Below the pieces are notes generated by a model. It saw nothing but the letters and a program-made list of their open reading frames with translations, had not been told where the DNA came from and ran no database searches. This document shows, in pieces, positions 10,123 to 19,320 of a stretch of DNA of 64,000 bases. Source of the stretch: Candidatus Thorarchaeota archaeon (GTDB lineage: Archaea; Asgardarchaeota; Thorarchaeia; Thorarchaeales; Thorarchaeaceae); NCBI GenBank assembly GCA_048884965.1, contig JBHLQH010000010.1, positions 22,718-86,717 of the forward strand. The letters run 5' to 3'. The translations under genes were made by a program, and so were the position numbers. The first letter of the stretch is position 1, and the number at the start of each line of letters is the position of its first letter.

Positions 10123-10994
10123 TGCTTGACCTCCTGTAATGATTCCATAATATGTGTTGGACTTATCTTGTTCAACTCGAAGCCAAGAGATTCATCATCA
10201 AGACCTAGAGCAGGACCAAGGAATTGCGGGATTGTGATAACAGGAAGCTTGTTCTTCCCGGCATCATCACCAAACTGAACCTGTGTCAATTGAATATCAC
10301 AGAAAACACAAGCTGTAACAATACCATCAGCACCAGCAGCTACAGCGTTATCGATCTTCTGACGACCAATAGAGGTTGCGATGCTCTCGCTCATAGCAAG
10401 CATTGGACCTCCACAGCAACGAGTCTTTCCTGTATAGTCAATAGCAGTGGCTCCAACTGCCTCTACCAGACGATCAAGAATAGTAGGAGATTCGGGGTCG
10501 TCGACCTGTACAATTTCATACGGACGGGTGACATGGCAGCCATAGTGGGCAGCCATCTTTATCCCCTCGTAGGGTCTCACAACCGCTCTCTCGATCTTAT
10601 CGATGCCAATGTCTTCATGAAGTACTTGTAGAAGATGACGGACTCTTGCCTTTCCTGTATATTTCAAGCCTTCCTCAGCAAGCAAAGAGTTCACTTCATC
10701 TCTAAGCTTGTAATCATTGTCAAGGTGATACTTGTTTATCTTCAGTGATCCTGAACAGGCTCCACAGATTGCAAGGATATCATGACCTTCTCTTTCAGCC
10801 AATGCCAATATTCTTCCACTCATAGCTGCGAAGGCGCTCTTAGATAGAGACTCTACATATTGTGCGCCACAGCAATTCGTGTCATTGAACTCAATAGGAT
10901 TGACTCCGAGCTTCTTGAGAACGGCAATGGTTGAGGCTTCATATGATGGAAGCCGCACGGGAGTTGTGCATCCGCGATAGAGTAGAAGATCCAC
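10119..10994 (-). CDS. hdrB: Heterodisulfide reductase subunit B
   Basis: Two CCG domains: YRGC..NCCGA..CGAC and HYGCH..RCCGG..ACVFC. Confidence 0.93.
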   Translation of the reverse strand: MDLLLYRGCTTPVRLPSYEASTIAVLKKLGVNPIEFNDTNCCGAQYVESLSKSAFAAMSGRILALAEREGHDILAICGACSGSLKINKYHLDNDYKLRDEVNSLLAEEGLKYTGKARVRHLLQVLHEDIGIDKIERAVVRPYEGIKMAAHYGCHVTRPYEIVQVDDPESPTILDRLVEAVGATAIDYTGKTRCCGGPMLAMSESIATSIGRQKIDNAVAAGADGIVTACVFCDIQLTQVQFGDDAGKNKLPVITIPQFLGPALGLDDESLGFELNKISPTHIMESLQEVKQ

Positions 10995-11501
10995 CTATGC
11001 CTCAACCTCCTTCTCCTTTGCAAAGTATCTCTGCTTAACACGTTTAACGAATTCATCATTCATCTCGAGGTCAATCTCAAGTCCGAGATCATCTCGTTCA
11101 TCCTCAATGAAATCTGAATATGCATCCTTGAGAAGCCATCCGTCTTCTAGAACGGTGTGAAGTGTGCTCTTGAAGACATTCGGAATGTGCCCTTCACGGG
11201 CAGCGATGAATCGAACAGCGTGAAAGATTTCTGCAGGACTGACGCCTTCCTGGCAATTTTCCTCACACATTCTGCATGTCATGCAAAACCAAGGTTCTTC
11301 ACTACGAAGAACCTCCTCCCGCTTACCGATGAGAATCTTCTGAATAATCTTTCGAGGTCTATATTTATCAGAGGCTCGCGCAACCATACAACTAGCTGTA
11401 CATATTCCGCATTGAATACATTTGTTGATGGCTTCGCCTCCAGGAACAGAAGCTACTTCTTGCGCGAACTCCGAAGACGGAGTATGTATTTCACTTACCA
11501 T
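10995..11501 (-). CDS. hdrC: Heterodisulfide reductase subunit C
   Basis: CIQCGICTASC and WFCMTCRMCEENC [4Fe-4S] motifs. ATG at 11501 chosen because AGGTGA (RBS) lies just upstream. Confidence 0.92.
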   Translation of the reverse strand: MVSEIHTPSSEFAQEVASVPGGEAINKCIQCGICTASCMVARASDKYRPRKIIQKILIGKREEVLRSEEPWFCMTCRMCEENCQEGVSPAEIFHAVRFIAAREGHIPNVFKSTLHTVLEDGWLLKDAYSDFIEDERDDLGLEIDLEMNDEFVKRVKQRYFAKEKEVEA

Positions 11502-11713
11502 AAAGGTCACCTAGGCGAGTTTTTTTGGGAGATGGGCTCTGTTATAGAAAATAGGCGTCGTATCTATTCTCTATTACAAGGTAACCTTTGAGAAAACGAT
11601 TATATCCTTGCCGTAAGGGAACTTCGTTTATTATTGCGGTTTTCGTGTCTGGAAACGGACATGAATCCTATTCCCTGTAGCTAAAATGGACAAAAATAAG
11701 CATATGATAAAAA

Positions 11714-13249
11714 TCACTCTGGTTGAACGCGAGGAATCGTTATTCTGAACCGGTTAATTGCCTCACCTGCAGGATGCTCATAGAAAAGGCGTCCATTGAA
11801 AAGTTCGATGATCGAACGCGCTACAAATATATCAAAATCGATACGCGTACTGAGCATGATAGATTTCAAATGAAGATAGTCCTGCACATCCGATGTTAGA
11901 GGTATACCGGGGCATTCAATTGTTAAGGTTGCAGTATCACCATTCAGTTCACACTTGATTAGGAAAGACAGATCATCTGAGTTGCGAGTCTTGATAACAA
12001 ACGAGATGATACTAAGGATAGCAATAGCAAGCATATCATTAGCATACAGTCGTGGATTGTCGCTAATTTCAAGATGAACCTTGAAATCCTGAGGGTTGAG
12101 AAGGAATGCAGCATGATCCATTGCGCTTGAAAGGATGATTGCCAAAGGAGTGGGTTCGAAGGTTGAGAATCGAGAATCTAATATTTGTGATAGTTTTGAA
12201 ACTTGAAGATTCAAGAGAGTAGCCTCGCGACTCAGCACCTTCGCTGAAACTTGAACATCCTCCAGCTCAGGATCTTCTGTGGGGTATTCCCCGAGAAGAT
12301 CAAGATAGACAATCATAGCTTGAAGGATATTTCCCATCTTATGAGTCCACATGCCCAAATAGAATTCGCTCTCAGCCTTCGAATCCTGAAGCTGTCGTGT
12401 TCTACGTGCAACGGTTTCTTCAAGGATCTTTCTGGGCTCAAAAATCGCAGACACACTCATTCCCAGCGTGATGATCACGAAACCAGTTGTGAATGCACCT
12501 AGCCACACAACCTCAGCAAGTTGATACGGATTTTCCAGTAGAACGATAATAATCTCGCCGTATATCCAAAAACCGAGTGCTATGCATGAAACCATGATCA
12601 CACGATCTCTAGACTTGATCCATTCGTATGCATACTTCACAAGAGACGTCAGCATTGTAATAGCGATGACCAAGACAAGAACCAGAGCTATAGGAGACAA
12701 TCCAGCCACTCCTCCACCCGGAGAAGTTACCGTGAATACGGGTTCTGGACTGAACAAGAACCAAAAACCCAGAAAGGGAATAACACCAACACCCCAAAGG
12801 AGCGAAAGAAATCCAGATCTTCTTGTAACTGTTGAATCGCCAAGGAAAGAACCAGCAAGCATACTTGGAAAAATTGAGAGTCCCATCGCGATCATGAGTG
12901 TGCGATTTCTATTTCTATCTGCAAAAGGTAGCCATCCAGTGAAGATTGGATGAGAAACCACATAGGTCATTCCTAGAATAATGATATCAAAAACCATCAA
13001 CAGAATAACTAGATTTCGAACCTGACGGTTTTGGTAGAAGTGCACCATTGAATGTGTGAAGATCATGCTACTAGATGCAAGAATTGCTGAGATGAGTAAT
13101 GGAATGGCAGTTGCAATCACAGGAGGTGTTGTAAGAATCCATATCTGACCGGTTATGGTCACTGCTGCGAGATAGAACCATACATAGCATGAGAGGACAA
13201 TAATCAGTATGTCAGTCCACCGATACATGTTTCCAGTCTCATGTTTCAC
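11714..13249 (-). CDS. Multi-TM sensor histidine-kinase-like protein with degenerate HATPase domain
   Basis: About 8 TM helices, LEETVARRTRQL signalling helix and H-box-like GMWTHKMGNILQ. N/G1/G2 boxes are not recognisable, but the terminal LFNGRLFYE..NRFRITIP strands are retained. Confidence 0.75.
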   Translation of the reverse strand: MKHETGNMYRWTDILIIVLSCYVWFYLAAVTITGQIWILTTPPVIATAIPLLISAILASSSMIFTHSMVHFYQNRQVRNLVILLMVFDIIILGMTYVVSHPIFTGWLPFADRNRNRTLMIAMGLSIFPSMLAGSFLGDSTVTRRSGFLSLLWGVGVIPFLGFWFLFSPEPVFTVTSPGGGVAGLSPIALVLVLVIAITMLTSLVKYAYEWIKSRDRVIMVSCIALGFWIYGEIIIVLLENPYQLAEVVWLGAFTTGFVIITLGMSVSAIFEPRKILEETVARRTRQLQDSKAESEFYLGMWTHKMGNILQAMIVYLDLLGEYPTEDPELEDVQVSAKVLSREATLLNLQVSKLSQILDSRFSTFEPTPLAIILSSAMDHAAFLLNPQDFKVHLEISDNPRLYANDMLAIAILSIISFVIKTRNSDDLSFLIKCELNGDTATLTIECPGIPLTSDVQDYLHLKSIMLSTRIDFDIFVARSIIELFNGRLFYEHPAGEAINRFRITIPRVQPE

Positions 13250-13313
13250 TAAGCAGCACCCCAGCGAATATGTATAGGATTCATCTTGTATATTATAAAG
13301 TAGTGTGTACCTC

Positions 13314-15062
13314 CTACCTTTGAGATGAAGTCATGAGTAATCGCATTACGCCCATCCTGATGTCCTCCTCTGAAAGGAATCCAGTTAGCTCTTCATCACC
13401 GATATGTATGGTTGGCAACGCAGGAAGATCATCTTCTGACACGCCAGCCGTCGGATCATCAATATTTATGATATTAAGTGATGATCGCCCAATACCTAGC
13501 TCATCAAGAACTGTTGTAAGAGTATCAAGTACTGGACCACAGAAGACGCAGTGATCGGATTTATAGAAGTCAATGATAGGTAGCTCTAGTTCCTCTTGCC
13601 ATCGTGGGATAATGACCACGAATTTACTCCCCTTCGAAGGGTCACCCTTCACTCTATCCTCGACCCAGATTCTACCACCTAAATGTCGTATATACCTGTC
13701 TGCGACTGTGAGCCCAAGCCCTTTCCCCATATGTCTAGCATCATCTTCAGGAGTTCGTCTGAATACCTTCTGTTTCATATCGTCAGATATTCCCGGTCCC
13801 GAGTCCAAGAATTCCACTTTGATCTCTCTACCATAATCCTGTGCTTCAGCTTGAACCTTGATGGACACCTTTTCTTTCATATCATAGGTCATAGAGTTGT
13901 GCAGTATGTTGAAGAAGACGTTATGCAAGAATGCATGACCTACAACCTCCATGTTGTCATCATCCAATTTGGACTCATACTCTAGCTTCTTACCTTCAAA
14001 ATCTCGTTGCACTTCGATATATGCCCGTTTCAGGTGAGGAGCCAATTTCGTTTTCATTGTAGTTGGGGGAGCTCTGTCCAGACTCAAGAGGACACCCATG
14101 TTGACAATAAGTCGAGCAGCACGTCTGAGGTTCCAAGAGGCATCTCGTACCAATGCTACTTCTCTCGGAGGCAGTTCTACTGACACCTTGAGATCCTCTA
14201 ACGCAAAGATAACACTTTGAAGGATGATGTTGAGATCACTCGTCATAAGGTCGAAATAGAGATTTGCTCGTTCGCTCTCTTCACGAAGCTTCTGCTCAGC
14301 ACGTCTCCTTCGAGTGATATCAACAGCTGTTAGTCCGATCTCGTTAGGTGTTGCACTCTCAGGGTTAAGAGTCCTAGCGGATATGCTTGCCCACAACGAT
14401 TTCCCTGAGCAGTGATCCATTTCCAGCTCGATTCCACTGACGCTCTTTCCACGCATGACTTCTCCGACAATATCGCCTCCGGGGTCGAACGCCCCCGTAT
14501 CCGTAGATGTCTTGAAGAATGATGTAATTGGATGTCCTAAAATATTATCGGCATCACATCCGAGTAAGATCTCAGATGCCTCATTAACCTGTGTGACAAT
14601 CCCGTCAGCATTGAGGGTGAAGTATGCAACAGGAGAGAAATCATAGAGGGAAGCGAATCTCTGTTCCAATTGCATGACAGCTTCCTGTAACGCAATTTGA
14701 CCTGAAATATCCTGTACTGCGGCAACTATTGCAGGATTCCCACCTATCTCGATAACACGGGGATTGACCTCTACATGGAATGTCCTGCCAGTCTTTGATT
14801 TCATTCGAGTCGTGAACTTCTCATGTTGCGCTCCATCTAGAAGAGCATCAATATGGTTCTGATGCTGCCTTTTTGCCACGGGATCTAAGAGGTCCTCAAA
14901 TTCCATGTCCAGCAGGTCATCTTCAGCATATTCCAATAGGTCTGCAAAGACTCTGTTCACTTGAATAATCTCTTCATCCTGAATTACAATCATTCCTTCA
15001 TGAACGACGTCCATCAGTTGCTTGAGCAGATCCTTAACGGTTTTCAGGTCGGACATACACAA
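13314..15062 (-). CDS. PAS-PAS histidine-kinase-like protein lacking the H-box His, with C-terminal thioredoxin-like CxxC domain
   Basis: Two PAS domains ending VQDISG and AVDITRR; N-box NVFFNILHNS, G1 DSGPGI, G2 GKGLGL; H-box region DLMTSDLN; C-terminal FYKSDHCVFC..ALPTIHIG. Confidence 0.85.
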   Translation of the reverse strand: MCMSDLKTVKDLLKQLMDVVHEGMIVIQDEEIIQVNRVFADLLEYAEDDLLDMEFEDLLDPVAKRQHQNHIDALLDGAQHEKFTTRMKSKTGRTFHVEVNPRVIEIGGNPAIVAAVQDISGQIALQEAVMQLEQRFASLYDFSPVAYFTLNADGIVTQVNEASEILLGCDADNILGHPITSFFKTSTDTGAFDPGGDIVGEVMRGKSVSGIELEMDHCSGKSLWASISARTLNPESATPNEIGLTAVDITRRRRAEQKLREESERANLYFDLMTSDLNIILQSVIFALEDLKVSVELPPREVALVRDASWNLRRAARLIVNMGVLLSLDRAPPTTMKTKLAPHLKRAYIEVQRDFEGKKLEYESKLDDDNMEVVGHAFLHNVFFNILHNSMTYDMKEKVSIKVQAEAQDYGREIKVEFLDSGPGISDDMKQKVFRRTPEDDARHMGKGLGLTVADRYIRHLGGRIWVEDRVKGDPSKGSKFVVIIPRWQEELELPIIDFYKSDHCVFCGPVLDTLTTVLDELGIGRSSLNIINIDDPTAGVSEDDLPALPTIHIGDEELTGFLSEEDIRMGVMRLLMTSSQR

Positions 15063-15314
15063 ACCTCTGTCCTTTTTCCAATATATCCTAGCTACATAAA
15101 CAAACGTCTAACGTGCTATGTGCTGTTTTTAGTCAATCGAAATTCAGAAATGTAGCTATTGAGAGAGGAGAATAGGTCGTAGGAGAGATGAAAAATCAAT
15201 TCATTCTGCTTGCGTTGATATTGCTATAGGCCTTAGCTTGGATGGTACCAATTAGTTCCTATGAGACAGCAGAAAATGTAACATTTGAGATTGATGGCCA
15301 GTTCATATATCTCC

Positions 15315-17702
15315 CTAGTTTCCACCTGTCAGAGAATACTCCTTTATCTTTGATGCCATCTCAGAGAGTCGAGCATCTACCAGTTGAAAGATTGTTCCTT
15401 TCTCAAATGAACCATCTTCTTTCCTTTTGCCAGCTTTGACCCCGGTTAAGATTTCAATGCCTTCCTCAATTGTGGAAACTGGATAGATATGGAACAAACC
15501 CTCTTTTGCTGCCTCTACTATCTCTTCCTTGAGCATTAGATTCTGCACGTTGCTTATAGGTATAATAACAGCTTGTTCTCCAGTAAGTCCACGCGCCTTA
15601 CAGACTTCAAAGAATCCTTCTATCTTTTCGTTTACTCCTCCGATAGCCTGCACTTGTCCATTTTGGTCTACAGAGCCTGTAACTGCGAAGTTTTGCTTTA
15701 TGGGAATCCCAGAGAGAACAGAGAGGAGTGCATACAGCTCTGTACTTGAGGCGCTATCCCCATCCACACCAGAATAGCTCTGCTCAAAGACCAATCTAGC
15801 TGTCAGACTCAAAGGTTTGTCTTGAGCAAAGATCTTGGATAGATATCCAGCGATTATCATGACACCTTTAGTATGGATGCTACCTCCGAGATTTGACTCT
15901 CGTTCAATATCAACTAATCCTTGTCTCCCTACTGCAACGCTCGCTGTTACTCTCGACGGGCCACCAAAACTGAAGTCACCATATTGCATTACGGAGAGAC
16001 CATTAACTTGCCCAACCTGACTTCCTTCTGTTTCAATCCGAATAACGCCTCGTGTGATATACTCACGTAATCGTTGTTGGATTAGATTTGATCGGTATAT
16101 CTTCTCTTCAATTGCTTTCTTCACATGCTCAGCTGAAACATGGGGTGTGTCTTCCTGCGAAGCATAGAACGTAGCTTCCCTGATGATATCAGCAACATCC
16201 GCAAATTGAGTGGAGAGCTTCTCCTGATCATCAGCCAGTCGAGAGCTGAACTCAATTACTTTTGCTGCAGCCTTTACGTCAAGATGCTTCAATCCTTCTC
16301 GGCCACATACATTTGCCATAGCACCTGCGTATTTCCGAACATTGTCATCAGTCCAGTCCATTTCAGTATCAAAATGGGCTTTAACCTTGAATAGCTCCTT
16401 AAAGTCCGGATCTTGGGAATAAAGCAACTGATAGGTCATGGTATCTCCAAGAAGGATAACTTTCACCCTTAATGGAATAGGCTCTGGTTTCAAGCTCTTT
16501 GCTGAGATAGGACCGCCTGGCAGCAGCATATCTTCAATCTCAATAGCTTCGTTCTTGAGAGCCCGTTTTAGACTCTCATATGAGCCGGGAGACTTTGCTA
16601 ATTCGATGACAGGAATCATCAAATAACCTCCATTTGCCTTGTGAAGACTTCCAGGTTTGATCAGGGTAAAATCGGTAGTTAATACCCCAAAACGAACCTC
16701 CTTCTCAATCCGACCAAATAGGTTGGAGTATGTGGGATTCAGCTCAACCATTACAGGAGCGCCTTGCGTTTTGCCATCACTCACCATGACATTGACCTGA
16801 TAGCGTGTGAAGAACTGGTCTATTACAGCCGCAGCCTCTGCAGACTCTGGATTCTTGGCTTCAATGAAGGTTCCAAGATTCTCTAATATACTATGTTCTA
16901 CATCATCAATATGCTTTGTTGCCTCATCGATTCCCTTGTAGAGGTCTCTCATATCAGAGATCATATCTCCAATTGCATAGAGAGCCATGTCCTTATTCAA
17001 CTGGTCTAGACGCTCATTTACATCGCTTTCCAATTTCCTCAATTGACGCATTGCTTTTCTAAGATCTGCATCTATCTCTGAACGTGCTTTGTTAATTTGG
17101 TCAATCATCTCAGGACTCAATGTTCCGATCTGTTCTTCTGTAAGCGGAACACCCTCCACAACGGGAATGACCAAAAGTCCTGCTTGGGTACCACGCAAGA
17201 TGAAACCTTTTTTCTCAGCTTTCTTACTCACTTCCTCGAATAATGCCTTTCGCTCTGCTTCTACCTGTTGTGTCGTTGCTTGTCTTCGAGTTATATAATC
17301 CTCACTCTCAAAGACCTCGGGAATAATCTGCCTTGCAGTATCTATAAGCACACCAAGTTCCTTCTTGAATTTCTCAGCCATTCCAGAAGGTAGCTCAATG
17401 GCATTTGGTTCTGAAGGATTCACAAAATTGTAGACATAGCACCAATCTGAAGGTGGGTCACGGCCCTCAGCCAAGTCCTTTAGAAACGCACTAACAGTGG
17501 TTGATTTTCCTGTCCCAGGAGCTCCTGCTGCGTAGACATTGAATCCCTTCTCCCGAATCTCGAGACCAAAACTTAGTGCTCGTAGTGCTCGATCCTGCCC
17601 AATGATATCATCATTTGGTTCAAGATCCTTGGTTGTCTTACATCCCATTATACTAGGTTTGCAAAATCGGCGATATTTCGATACTGATAGTTCCTTCACC
17701 AA
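15315..17702 (-). CDS. Lon-like (LonC-type) S16 protease
   Basis: IIGQDRA, GAPGTGKS, DWCYVYNF, coiled-coil insert, IKPGSLHKANGGYL, catalytic Ser in VDGDSASS and Lys in IGGVNEKIEGF. Confidence 0.9.
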   Translation of the reverse strand: MVKELSVSKYRRFCKPSIMGCKTTKDLEPNDDIIGQDRALRALSFGLEIREKGFNVYAAGAPGTGKSTTVSAFLKDLAEGRDPPSDWCYVYNFVNPSEPNAIELPSGMAEKFKKELGVLIDTARQIIPEVFESEDYITRRQATTQQVEAERKALFEEVSKKAEKKGFILRGTQAGLLVIPVVEGVPLTEEQIGTLSPEMIDQINKARSEIDADLRKAMRQLRKLESDVNERLDQLNKDMALYAIGDMISDMRDLYKGIDEATKHIDDVEHSILENLGTFIEAKNPESAEAAAVIDQFFTRYQVNVMVSDGKTQGAPVMVELNPTYSNLFGRIEKEVRFGVLTTDFTLIKPGSLHKANGGYLMIPVIELAKSPGSYESLKRALKNEAIEIEDMLLPGGPISAKSLKPEPIPLRVKVILLGDTMTYQLLYSQDPDFKELFKVKAHFDTEMDWTDDNVRKYAGAMANVCGREGLKHLDVKAAAKVIEFSSRLADDQEKLSTQFADVADIIREATFYASQEDTPHVSAEHVKKAIEEKIYRSNLIQQRLREYITRGVIRIETEGSQVGQVNGLSVMQYGDFSFGGPSRVTASVAVGRQGLVDIERESNLGGSIHTKGVMIIAGYLSKIFAQDKPLSLTARLVFEQSYSGVDGDSASSTELYALLSVLSGIPIKQNFAVTGSVDQNGQVQAIGGVNEKIEGFFEVCKARGLTGEQAVIIPISNVQNLMLKEEIVEAAKEGLFHIYPVSTIEEGIEILTGVKAGKRKEDGSFEKGTIFQLVDARLSEMASKIKEYSLTGGN

Positions 17703-17857
17703 GAAAACGCACGCTCTTATTAGTCAGGACCGTTCTTTCAGTTAAGGATATCCATAAGAGACTCTTATCGTATTAACCAAATGATAGCACAATCCTCAAA
17801 CATAAAGGAAATCAGATAGTTTTGCATTTTGATTGCAAGAAGGCTTGGTGAATTAAA

Positions 17858-18751
17858 ATGGAAACCAGAAACAATTCAAGGATAATTCCTATATGTAACA
17901 AAGCAACAGCTCAGCAGCCATTAGAACAATATCAGAAAGCAATACTCTTCATAATTTTGTCAATTCTCGGATTTATCGTCTATAATCTTTCGGGGTACAA
18001 TTCTTTCTTTGATGGTCCGACTCAATTCCTTGTACGGGTTTCAGTTTCTGCGACTCTGTTGTTTGCCAGTCTGCTTACCTACAATCTACTTTCTGAGCGC
18101 AATCGGTGCTACCTCATTACATTCTTTGGCATATCTTTTGGTTTTCTTCTAGCAAATATCTTTGGGAATTGGTATGAGTATCTAGGATTCACTACCTCAA
18201 CCATAGAGGGATTTGCACTAGCAAAATTCGCTGAAGTCGTTCCAATCATGCTTTCTGTTCTTGTTGTTTCTCTTGCCTCAAGAAATAGCCTTGAGGATAT
18301 TCTTCTAAGAGGAGGGAAAATTCCTCGGAGCATGGCTTTGGGATTATTGGTAACTCCCCTTGCGATCATTCAATATCTTGCAATGGGGGGCCTCTCAGTT
18401 ACTACTGGAATTGAAGTAATTGTATCATGGTTGCCATGGCTAATGCTATTTGGTTTTTCAAATGCTATAATGGAGGAAACGATCTTCAGAGGGCTTTTCT
18501 TCAAAAAATATGAGCACGTACTAGGAAACCGACTATCACTAATTCAAACATCACTTGTGTTTGCAATCTTACACATCTCACTTCTTCCCTTCATGGGTCT
18601 TATGATCAATGTAGTGTTCGTGGTATTCCTCTTTTTCCAAGGTTTCGCTTGGGGATGGGTGATTCAAAAATCGGATAGTATCTGGGGTGGTGTATTGGCT
18701 CACGCAATTGCAGACATTCTATTTGCCATAATCATCTTTGGAGTTGTCTGA
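17858..18751 (+). CDS. CPBP (CAAX/Abi) intramembrane metalloprotease
   Basis: NAIMEETIFRG, FAILH and LAHAIAD motifs; multiple TMs. Confidence 0.9.
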   Translation: METRNNSRIIPICNKATAQQPLEQYQKAILFIILSILGFIVYNLSGYNSFFDGPTQFLVRVSVSATLLFASLLTYNLLSERNRCYLITFFGISFGFLLANIFGNWYEYLGFTTSTIEGFALAKFAEVVPIMLSVLVVSLASRNSLEDILLRGGKIPRSMALGLLVTPLAIIQYLAMGGLSVTTGIEVIVSWLPWLMLFGFSNAIMEETIFRGLFFKKYEHVLGNRLSLIQTSLVFAILHISLLPFMGLMINVVFVVFLFFQGFAWGWVIQKSDSIWGGVLAHAIADILFAIIIFGVV

Positions 18752-18804
18752 AATTGCGTTACTTGAAAACAATAAGAGTGAAGGTCAACGCCTCCATTCA
18801 TGCA

Positions 18805-19194
18805 TTAGTCTATACCAATCTTGGTTGTAAGTTTAACTAACAGAAACATGATGAATGCCATAATAATGAATGTAAGCAGATTTCCTGCAAATGATCCAAT
18901 CATTATCCCAGATGTGGCACCCTCATATAGTGGTATGTAGATATCAGCCCAACTATCAGCACTTGGGACAAATAGACCAACAACTGGCATTACGATGTCA
19001 TACACGAAGGATTTGATCAATTCGCCAAGATAAATTGCAAGGATAAATGCAACGGCCAAACCAATCACTTTGTATTTCTTCAGAAAGTCTGTGAATTCCT
19101 GAACAAGACCTGACGGAGCAGGCAGTGGTGTCGGAGGAGTTAGTAACTTCCTGATTTCTTTTAATTCGTCCAGCATTTGCTCTTCATTCGTCAT
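18805..19194 (-). CDS. mscL: Large-conductance mechanosensitive channel MscL
   Basis: EFTDFLKKYKVIGLAVAFILA..LIKSFVYDIVMP (TM1) and IGSFAGNLLTFIIMAFIMFLLVK (TM2); GGAG RBS before ATG 19194. Confidence 0.88.
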   Translation of the reverse strand: MTNEEQMLDELKEIRKLLTPPTPLPAPSGLVQEFTDFLKKYKVIGLAVAFILAIYLGELIKSFVYDIVMPVVGLFVPSADSWADIYIPLYEGATSGIMIGSFAGNLLTFIIMAFIMFLLVKLTTKIGID

Positions 19195-19273
19195 GATATT
19201 GAATCTCCATGATATTTGTAGAAGACATTTCATTAACTATGATAAATAGATTGGCTACTGGCAATATTAAATG

Positions 19274-19308
19274 AAAAAGAGGAGAAGAGAACTCGAAAGA
19301 GAGTCCTC
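19274..19308 (-). terminator. Hairpin plus pyrimidine/U tract downstream of ssb
   Basis: Minus strand GAGGACTC-TCTTTC-GAGTTCTC (8-bp stem with one G-U pair) followed by TTCTCCTCTTTTT. Confidence 0.6.
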
Positions 19309-19320
19309 AACTAAGCTGAA

